The position numbers were made by a program, and so were the translations under genes. Source: Candidatus Brachythrix odensensis (GTDB lineage: Bacteria > Chloroflexota > Anaerolineae > J036 > Brachytrichaceae). From it: a stretch of DNA of 64,000 nt. The DNA is taken from contig JADKDT010000005.1 of assembly GCA_016714465.1 (NCBI GenBank), positions 58,186 through 122,185 of the forward strand, written 5' to 3'. Position 1 is the first letter of the stretch, and each line of letters opens with the position of its first letter. Positions 18,258 through 25,247 of this stretch are shown in pieces. Under the pieces are notes generated by a model that was not told the origin of the DNA, made no database searches, and saw only the letters and a list, made by a program, of their open reading frames with translations.

Positions 18258-19194
18258 CTACCCCATCCGGCGCGGCACATGCCAGGGCGCCACCAACGGA
18301 CTGAGTCCGCGGGCGCGCGCTCCCGCGCCCGCCCGGGCACGAAGCGCCGCAGGCAGACCGGCAATCGCATCAAACCGCCCAAGCATCGGCCCGGGATCGC
18401 GCCGCGCCACCAGGGCGTAAAACACGGCCGCCAAGTCATAGCCAGCGACGATGGGCAGATCACGCCACCGGCTGTTCTTGGCCGCCAGCCACACCTTGTT
18501 CCGCCCAAGCATGCGGCTCTTGAACCGCGACCTCGCCCGCCGTGGCGGACGTGACGTGACGGACGACGGCGGCGGGCGCGTAAACGCAGCGCCAGTGGGT
18601 GCGCTGGGCGCGCCAGGCCAGGTCCACATCCTCCAGATAGGAGACAAAACGCTCGTCCAGCATCCCGATTTGGTCCAGCATGGCCCGCCGATAGAGGGCG
18701 GCGCCCCCCGACGCGCCAAACACTTCGGCCGGAGCCTGGGCCGCGATCACCGGATGTCCGCGCAGGCGATCCCAGGCGATGGCCGCCCGATCGACGCTAA
18801 TGCCCGCACTTTGGACGGTGCCGGGCGCGGCATCGAAAACCATCAGGGATGCGCAGGCGCCAACGTCGGGCGGTTCGGCGGCGCGCAAGAGCGCGTCCAG
18901 CCATCCCGGCGCGGGTTTGGTGTCGTCGTTGAGCAGCGCCGCAAACGCGCCCTCGCCGGCCCGCAGACCTTGATTCGCGGCGGCCGCAAATCCGCGATTG
19001 CTGGCGTTGACGATCCGGGTGATGGTCAACCCCGCGTAGCCATTCTCAAAACCGCGGGTGGCCTCGCCCCCCTTGTTGTCAATCAGAACGACCTCGAAAT
19101 CGGCCATGGTTTGCGCGGCAAGCGCGGCGAGGCATTCAGGCAACCAGCGTTGTCCATCGAGGGTGGGAATCACTACAGACACACGCGCCGGCAT
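18258..19194 (-). CDS. Glycosyltransferase family 2, frame broken near 18531
   Basis: VSVVIPTLDG, NDD and EDVDL motifs up to VVRHVTSATAGE lie in ORF 18460..19194. The expected continuation SRFKSRMLGRNKVWLAAKN is in ORF 18258..18719. Confidence 0.7.
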
Positions 19195-19202
19195 CCGGCT
19201 GG

Positions 19203-19222
19203 ATTATATCGGCCCGTATAAT
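19203..19222. promoter_or_regulatory. Back-to-back -10 boxes in a 38-bp divergent intergenic region
   Basis: TATAAT on the + strand at 19217-19222, 10 nt before ATG 19233. TATAAT on the - strand (attata at 19203-19208), 8 nt before ATG 19194. Confidence 0.45.
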
Positions 19223-19232
19223 CTTTCGTCGC

Positions 19233-20258
19233 ATGAACATCTTTATCACCGGGGGCGCCGGCTTCATCGGCTGCAACCTGGCCGCCCACCACCTGTCCCT
19301 CGGGCGGACTGTTACCGTTTACGACAATCTCTCCCGTCCGCGCACCAAGCACAACCTCGATTGGCTGATGGAGCGGGCCGACGGACGCCTGCGCTTCGTG
19401 CATGGCGATGTGCGCGATCACGAGCATCTGCGCAAGGCGATGGAACACGCCCGGCCCGATCTGGTCGCGCACCTGGCCGCCCAGGTCGCGGTGACGACCT
19501 CGCTGCGCGATCCGCGCGAGGACTTCGAGATCAACGCCCTGGGCACCTTCAATACGCTCGAGGCCGTTCGCGCCCAGGAGCGTCCGCCGGCTCTGATCTT
19601 CGCCTCGACCAACAAGGTGTATGGCGGGATGGAGGATGTGCCGGTGGTTCAAGAAGCGGATCGCTATCGTTATCGCGATCTCCCCAACGGCGTCTCCGAA
19701 GCGCAACCGCTGGACTTCCACTCGCCGTATGGCTGCTCCAAGGGCGCGGGCGACCAGTATGTGCGGGACTACGCCCGCATCTATGGGTTGCGCACCGTGG
19801 TTTTTCGGCAGAGCACCATCTACGGCACCCGCCAATTCGGGGTCGAGGACCAGGGCTGGCTCGCCCACTTCATCATCGCCATCGTCAAGGGCCGGCCACT
19901 CAGCATCTACGGCGACGGGCGACAGGTGCGCGACATGCTCAACGTGCGCGATCTGATCGCCGCCTACGATGCCGCCTGGGAGCGTATGGCGGCGGTCTCC
20001 GGCCAGGTCTTCAATGTCGGCGGCGGCGCGGACAACACCATCTCGATCTGGCGCGAATGTGGTCCGTTGCTCGAAACTCTGGCCGGCCGAAAAATCCCCG
20101 TCACCTACGGGGACTGGCGCCCGGGCGACCAGCCCGTCTTTGTCAGCGACAACAGCAAGGCGAACGCGCTTCTGGGCTGGAAACCCCAGGTAGACCTGCA
20201 AACCGGAATCCGGACGCTGTGGGACTGGGTGAGCGGAAATGCGGCGTTGTTCGATTGA
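19233..20258 (+). CDS. NAD-dependent sugar-nucleotide epimerase/dehydratase (SDR; CDP-paratose 2-epimerase / UDP-glucose 4-epimerase-like)
   Basis: ORF 19233..20258. GGAGFIG Rossmann motif and YGCSK catalytic motif. Confidence 0.8.
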   Translation: MNIFITGGAGFIGCNLAAHHLSLGRTVTVYDNLSRPRTKHNLDWLMERADGRLRFVHGDVRDHEHLRKAMEHARPDLVAHLAAQVAVTTSLRDPREDFEINALGTFNTLEAVRAQERPPALIFASTNKVYGGMEDVPVVQEADRYRYRDLPNGVSEAQPLDFHSPYGCSKGAGDQYVRDYARIYGLRTVVFRQSTIYGTRQFGVEDQGWLAHFIIAIVKGRPLSIYGDGRQVRDMLNVRDLIAAYDAAWERMAAVSGQVFNVGGGADNTISIWRECGPLLETLAGRKIPVTYGDWRPGDQPVFVSDNSKANALLGWKPQVDLQTGIRTLWDWVSGNAALFD

Positions 20259-20280
20259 ACTGGCAGTGCCATCCCATAGA

Positions 20281-20336
20281 TGTCTGGAAACAGCATCCCC
20301 GCCCAGCGCGCCGGGGCGGGATGCTGTTTCCAGACA
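20281..20336. repeat. Hairpin repeat, CCCCGG-core family (copy 2)
   Basis: tgtctggaaacagcatccccgccc...ggggcgggatgctgtttccagaca. Confidence 0.65.
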
Positions 20337-20367
20337 ATGTTCCACGTGAAACATTGCCCCTGAAGCA

Positions 20368-20441
20368 CGCGCCTAGCAGGATTTGAACCCACAACCCCTT
20401 GATCCGAAGTCAAGTGCTCTATCCAGTTGAGCTATAGGCGC
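20368..20441 (-). tRNA. tRNA-Arg (anticodon UCG)
   Basis: Hand-folded cloverleaf: acceptor GCGCCTA/TAGGCGC, D arm GCTC-AACTGGATA-GAGC, anticodon arm CTTGA-CTTCGGA-TCAAG, T arm GTGGG-TTCAAAT-CCTGC, discriminator G. 74 nt, CCA not encoded. Confidence 0.9.
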
Positions 20442-20499
20442 CGAGATTTTATGCTACCACATTTGACAGGAGATCAAACAGGCCGTATGATCATCCATT

Positions 20500-20604
20500 G
20501 TGTTGCTGGGTCCTGCGCGGCGGAAGCCTTCGAAACCCGCCAGGATCGGAAGATAGCAACGGTAAGGAGTCCCTTTCGGGTGTCGTGGGAGTGCCTGGCA
20601 ACAC
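20500..20604 (+). ncRNA. ffs: Signal recognition particle RNA, small (4.5S) type
   Basis: Single long hairpin closed by GUGUUGCUGGG / CCUGGCAACAC. The apex reads AGG-AUC-GGAA-GAU-AGCA (20542-20558), which is the conserved domain IV symmetric loop plus GGAA tetraloop. It is followed by ACGGUAAGGAG, similar to E. coli GCCAAGGCAG. Confidence 0.7.
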
Positions 20605-20681
20605 ACTTTCCCCTCAGAAACCGGCGTTAAGATAGCGCCTCGATGCCCTACAGGGCATCGAAACAGGTCGAGGGGTCGAGG

Positions 20682-22136
20682 ATGGAAGAAAGTATTCGAG
20701 TAGCAGCACCCGCCTTGCCGTCCGGCGCCGGACGGCGTCGTGCGTGGCTGGCCGTGCCAATCATCCTCGGGCTTCTGAGCCTCCTAACGGCGGGCTATTT
20801 CAGCACGCTCACCCCGGCTCAGATTGTGGACGGCGAGCGCATCCTGCCGATCAGCACGCACCAAACCACGGTTGGCGCCGCGCTTCGAGAGGCGGGGATC
20901 ACCCTCCTTGCCGAAGATGTTGTGTCGCCGGGCCTCGAATCCGTCCTCAACCGAAACGACGCGATCGTCATCAAACGCGCCCTCACCACCCGGGTTGTCC
21001 TTGAGAACCAAGAGCCCCGGCTCGTGCGGACCCAAAGCCGCTCAGCGCGTCAGGTGCTGGCCAAACTCGGGGTGAACGTCGGCAATTTCGATCTCGTCAC
21101 CGTGGACGGCAGTTTTAGCGAAGCGCTGCCCGATCAAGCGGCAGGAAAATCCGCCGGTGTGATCTCTGAAATTCGATATCGCCCGGCAATGACCCTGAAG
21201 ATCAGCGACCAGGGCCAGAACGTCACCCTGCAGACGACCGGCGCCACGGTCGGCGAGGCCCTGATGCAGGCCGGGCGCACTCCATATCTGGCCGATCGCA
21301 TCACACCGCCCGTTGGCGCACCGATCGAAAACGGGATGGCCGTGACGGTTGTCCGCGCCAAACCCGTCAATGTCGTCGTCGACGGCCGGCGGCTGCGGAC
21401 AAGAACCCACAGCGCGACCGTCGGCGATGTGTTGACCGAGCTCAATGTCGTGCTCTACGACCAGGACTTTGCCCGTCCGGCGCTTGGGACCCCGATCGCC
21501 GACGACATGGAAATCCGAGTCGTGCGGGTCAAACGCGAGCTTGTCATCGTCCAGGACATCATCCCCTTTGACACGCGTTACCAACCGGATGGCAACCTTG
21601 AACTCGACAATACGATCGTGGGCCAGGAAGGCGCGCCTGGGGTCAGGGAGAAACGCACCCTTCTCACCCTCGAGGATGGCGCCGAGGTCAAGCGCGAGCT
21701 GGTGGCCGACTTCATCGCCCGCGAAGTGCAGCCGCGCATCTACAAGTACGGCACGAAGATCGTCATTCGCAATGTGGACACGCCGAATGGGCCAGTCCAG
21801 TACTGGCGCACGATCCGAATGTGGGCGACGTCCTACTCGGCCAGCACCGCCGGCACATCCCGGACGGCCCGAAACTACGGCATCGTACGGTGCGGCATTC
21901 CGATGCGCCGTGGCATCGTCGCGGTCGACCCTGCCGTCATTCCCTTGCGCACCTACGTCTATGTCGAAGGATATGGCGAGGGCTACGCCTGCGACACGGG
22001 CGGCGCCATCCAGAACAAACGGATCGACCTCGGGTATGACGACGACAATCTCAAGTTGTGGCGCGGCTGGGTGACGGTCTACCAACTTGCGCCGCCACCG
22101 GCCAAGATTCAGTACATCCTCGATCCGGAGCAATAG
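20682..22136 (+). CDS. Membrane-anchored DUF348 (x4) / G5 / 3D-domain cell-wall protein (YabE / RpfB-scaffold-like)
   Basis: ORF 20643..22136; ATG 20682 is preferred. TM segment AWLAVPIILGLLSLLTAGYF. Repeated TVGxxLxxxG modules. G5-like segment. C-terminal 3D domain (GIVAVDPAVIPLRTYVYVEGYG...CDTGGAI). Confidence 0.8.
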   Translation: MEESIRVAAPALPSGAGRRRAWLAVPIILGLLSLLTAGYFSTLTPAQIVDGERILPISTHQTTVGAALREAGITLLAEDVVSPGLESVLNRNDAIVIKRALTTRVVLENQEPRLVRTQSRSARQVLAKLGVNVGNFDLVTVDGSFSEALPDQAAGKSAGVISEIRYRPAMTLKISDQGQNVTLQTTGATVGEALMQAGRTPYLADRITPPVGAPIENGMAVTVVRAKPVNVVVDGRRLRTRTHSATVGDVLTELNVVLYDQDFARPALGTPIADDMEIRVVRVKRELVIVQDIIPFDTRYQPDGNLELDNTIVGQEGAPGVREKRTLLTLEDGAEVKRELVADFIAREVQPRIYKYGTKIVIRNVDTPNGPVQYWRTIRMWATSYSASTAGTSRTARNYGIVRCGIPMRRGIVAVDPAVIPLRTYVYVEGYGEGYACDTGGAIQNKRIDLGYDDDNLKLWRGWVTVYQLAPPPAKIQYILDPEQ

Positions 22137-22140
22137 CGGC

Positions 22141-22993
22141 ATGGAAATCGTCAGTCGCAATCAACTTCAGAACCTCGGGATCGAGCCCAAGAAAAGCCTG
22201 GGACAAAACTTCCTGGTCGATGCGGCTGCCGCGGAACGGATTGTCGACGCCGTTGGCATCGAAACGAATGATCTCGTCTTCGAGATCGGGCCAGGCACCG
22301 GGGCGCTAACGCGCGCGCTGGTGAAGCAAGCCGGCCAGGTGATCGCGATTGAACTGGATCCACGTCTGGTCGAAACCCTGCGCGAGATCTTCAAGCGCGC
22401 GCCCAACCTGACGGTGGTTCACACGGACGCGCTCGAAGCAGATTACGCGGCGCTGGCCGCCGCGCACGCGCCCACGAACACGGGGATCCGCTTTGTGGGC
22501 AACCTGCCGCACCATTACCTCGGCGATTGTGCGAAAGATCCTGGAAAGCGGGCTGGCGTGGGAAAGCGTCGTTGTCACTGTGCAACTCGAGGTCGCCCAG
22601 CGCATGGTGGCTGGGCCCGGCGACATGGGCCTGCTGTCGGTGGCCACCCAGCTCTACAGCAAGGCCGAAATGCTGATGCGCCTGGCCGCCGGCGCTTTCT
22701 ATCCCCAGCCTGGGATCGACTCGGCGGTGGTCCGGCTCACCCCGCACCCCGCGCCGCTATTTGACCAACCCGAGATCCTGTTCAAGCTGGCCCGGGCCGG
22801 TTTCAGCCAACGCCGCAAACAGCTTATCAACACGCTGTCCACCGGGGTCGGGCTGAGCAAAATCGACGCCGCCGAATTGCTGCTGAAGGCAAAAGTAGAG
22901 CCCAGCCGACGCCCGGAGACACTGACCGTTGCCGAGTGGATCAGGCTGTCGCAGGTCTATTTGGCCTTCACGCCGTCAGAAGGCGCGGGGTGA
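22141..22993 (+). CDS. rsmA: 16S rRNA (adenine1518/1519-N6)-dimethyltransferase RsmA/KsgA, frame broken near 22510-22514
   Basis: MEIVSRNQLQNLGIEPKKSLGQNFL, EIGPGTGALT and FVGNLP lie in frame 1. ITSAIVRKILES and the rest to the C-terminus lie in frame 2 (ORF 22493..22993). Confidence 0.8.
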
Positions 22994-23002
22994 TCTCCCT
23001 GT

Positions 23003-23108
23003 CAGAATCACGGATAACACGGAGAGGACGGATTGCACGGAAAGGCTCGTGCTCGCACACTTCAGCCACCCTGTGTCATCTGCAGCGTCCGTGTCCTCCG
23101 TGATTCTG
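23003..23108. repeat. CACGGA-family inverted-repeat (MITE-like) element, complete copy
   Basis: Left arm cagaatcacggataacacggagaggacggattgcacgg. Right arm in reverse complement is cagaatcacggaggacacggacgctgcagatgacacagg. Confidence 0.8.
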
Positions 23109-23322
23109 CCGGAGGTGTCGCTGCGCTCGACTCCCCACCACCTTCACGCACCCCTGCCGGATGCTGCGCGTCGCTCCGTCCGTACCCGCATCCCGGACGG
23201 ATGCACAGGGGTAGCCGTTGGTGACACGATGTCAGTATCTGGCCCTGAAAGGGCGGCATGGCACACGGGGACTCTCGAGCAGCCAAGTCTTCACATTCAC
23301 GCAGAGGTAATGACGGGCCTGG

Positions 23323-24738
23323 TCAACAGCAACGCGCAGTCTCTGGCCTCGCCATTTCGAGCACGGGAATCGATGTCAGGGTGATCAATCCCGGCTTCGC
23401 GGACGGCGTGGCGCAGCAGCCCGTGTCGCAGCCACACGCCTCGGTTTGGGCGGCGGTGGCGCCGGCCACGGGATCGACCTCGCAACATCCACCCGCCGGC
23501 CCGGAACAAACGCCGGTCTCGGGCAGCACCAGGCGGGTGTCGAGGGCGGCCTGCATGTCTCCGGCGATCGCGGCGACGATGCTGCGGACCTGCTCGTAGC
23601 CGGTCAACATCAGAAAGGTCGGCGCGCGGCCATAGCTCTTCATCCCGGCGATGTAGAAACCGGGCTCCGCCTCATGCTTAAGTTCTGCCCAGCCATGCGG
23701 CGGGACACTTCCGCAACTATGCAGGTTCGGGTCGATGAGCGGCGCCAGCGCGGCCGGGGCCTCGTTCCGATCGTCGAGGTTCAGGCGCAACTCGCGCAGC
23801 ATCTCCAAGTTGGGGCGGAAGCCGGTGGCCGCGACGATCTCGTCGACGACGATGCGTCGGCCGTCATCGGCAACGACCTCAAGCGCGTCTGCGCGTTCGA
23901 TCCGCTCAATCCGAAATCCAGTGAGCAGGGTCAACCCACCCCGGGCAACCAGGGATCGAACGCGGTCGCCTAGTTCACCCCTGGCGCTGAGCTGATCGTC
24001 TGCCCCGCCCCCAAACATTTGCCCGGCCTCAGACCGCCGGACCGCCCAGGCCACCTGGGTGGCAGGCACCGCCTCCGCCAACTGGATCAGAGCGAGGACC
24101 GCGTTGAAGGCACTATGCCCGCTGCCCACAACCAGCACCCGTTTGCCGGCATAGCGAGCGCGGTCGCAGCCGGTGGCATCCGGTATGCCATACAGGATGC
24201 GCGCGTGGGCGGCGCGCTCGCCCGGTGCGGGCGTGCCACTCGCGCCAAGCGGGTTGGGCGAGGACCAGGTGCCGCTGGCGTCAATGACGGCCCGGGCCAG
24301 CAACACGCTTTCCTCGCCGGCGCTCTCAATCTGGAGGGCGAAAGGGGCGTCCTCGCGGCCGGCGCTCTTGAGCTTGTCGTAGCCCTTGCGCGAGACGCTG
24401 GTAACGCGGGTGTTCAGGCGGAGGGCAGCCTGGATGGGCCCGGTCGCCGCGAGCGGCTCAAGGTAGGCGGAGACGATCTCACCGCCGGTCGGATAGCCCT
24501 CAGGATCAGGCGCGGACCACTGGGTCGAGGCCAGGAGGGCGCGGGCGGCATCGTCGATCAGATAACGCCACGGGCTGAAGACCTGAACGTGGGCCCACGC
24601 GCGCAGGCTGACGCCGACGGCGTTGCCGGCCTCGAGTATGACGAAGGCCTCGCCGCGGGCATGCAAGTGGGCGGCGGCGGCCAGGCCGATCGGGCCGGCG
24701 CCGATGATGGCCACGGGCAGGGATGTCGTGTTTGGCAT
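23323..24738 (-). CDS. FAD/NAD(P)-binding pyridine-nucleotide-disulfide-oxidoreductase-like flavoprotein with Cys-rich C-terminal tail
   Basis: ORF 23323..24738, 471 aa. VAIIGAGPIGLAAA and VLVVGSGHSA dinucleotide folds. The last ~70 aa contain 9 Cys (VCSG, GGCC, CGC, GCC, terminal CC). Confidence 0.75.
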   Translation of the reverse strand: MPNTTSLPVAIIGAGPIGLAAAAHLHARGEAFVILEAGNAVGVSLRAWAHVQVFSPWRYLIDDAARALLASTQWSAPDPEGYPTGGEIVSAYLEPLAATGPIQAALRLNTRVTSVSRKGYDKLKSAGREDAPFALQIESAGEESVLLARAVIDASGTWSSPNPLGASGTPAPGERAAHARILYGIPDATGCDRARYAGKRVLVVGSGHSAFNAVLALIQLAEAVPATQVAWAVRRSEAGQMFGGGADDQLSARGELGDRVRSLVARGGLTLLTGFRIERIERADALEVVADDGRRIVVDEIVAATGFRPNLEMLRELRLNLDDRNEAPAALAPLIDPNLHSCGSVPPHGWAELKHEAEPGFYIAGMKSYGRAPTFLMLTGYEQVRSIVAAIAGDMQAALDTRLVLPETGVCSGPAGGCCEVDPVAGATAAQTEACGCDTGCCATPSAKPGLITLTSIPVLEMARPETARCC

Positions 24739-24745
24739 GGAACTC

Positions 24746-25081
24746 CTATCGCTTGTTGAGCGCGTGCTTTACGGTCTGGGTAACGTCTTCATCCGGGGCG
24801 AAACGGACCATGAGCTGGCCACAGCACACGCTGAGGCGCTCCTGGTTGAGCGAATAGAAGGTCTCGCGGCCCTGGTGCTCGGCGGTGACGAGCCCGGCTT
24901 CGCGCAGGATGGCCAGGTGATGGCTGACGGTGGGCTGGGCGACCCCGATCTTCGTGGTGATGTCGCCGACGGTCAGGCGCTCGCAGCAGCACAGGCTCAT
25001 GATGCGCTGGCGGGTGTCGTCGGCGAGGGCCTTGGCAAAGGCGACAACGTCCACCGGGGCGGACTTCTTATAGATACTCAT
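24746..25081 (-). CDS. ArsR/SmtB-family metal(loid)-responsive transcriptional repressor
   Basis: ORF 24746..25081, 111 aa. LADDTRQRIMSLCCCERLTVGDI (Cys cluster at the alpha3 site) and QPTVSHHLAILREAGLV recognition helix. Confidence 0.85.
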   Translation of the reverse strand: MSIYKKSAPVDVVAFAKALADDTRQRIMSLCCCERLTVGDITTKIGVAQPTVSHHLAILREAGLVTAEHQGRETFYSLNQERLSVCCGQLMVRFAPDEDVTQTVKHALNKR

Positions 25082-25090
25082 CGATGGGTT

Positions 25091-25118
25091 ATTATATAGA
25101 CGTACGTCTATTTGTCAA
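25091..25118 (-). promoter_or_regulatory. Consensus sigma70-type promoter with an operator palindrome in the spacer; leaderless arsR transcript predicted
   Basis: On the minus strand: TTGACA (25113-25118), 16-nt spacer, TATAAT (25091-25096), then 9 nt to ATG 25081. Perfect 16-bp palindrome atagacgtacgtctat at 25096-25111. Confidence 0.6.
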
Positions 25119-25130
25119 GGCCCTTTTGTC

Positions 25131-25232
25131 TGAATCACGGCCGACACGGAGGCCGCGGATTTCACGGAACAACTCGCGCTGACCCACTTGCGCTATCCGT
25201 GTAATCTGTCCCTTCCGTGTCATCCGTGATCG
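25131..25232. repeat. CACGGA-family inverted-repeat (MITE-like) element, complete copy
   Basis: tgaatcacggccgacacggaggccgcggatttcacgg ... ccgtgtaatctgtcccttccgtgtcatccgtgatcg. Confidence 0.8.
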
Positions 25233-25247
25233 TGGTTCTGGCGCGCC

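Noticed and set aside
20445-20642. Possible c-di-AMP (ydaO-type) riboswitch upstream of the G5/3D cell-wall gene, since such genes are often ydaO-regulated
   Set aside because: I could not find the pseudo-two-fold ydaO architecture. The structured segment instead matches SRP RNA domain IV (AGG..GGAA..AGCA) almost exactly, so it is called as ffs.
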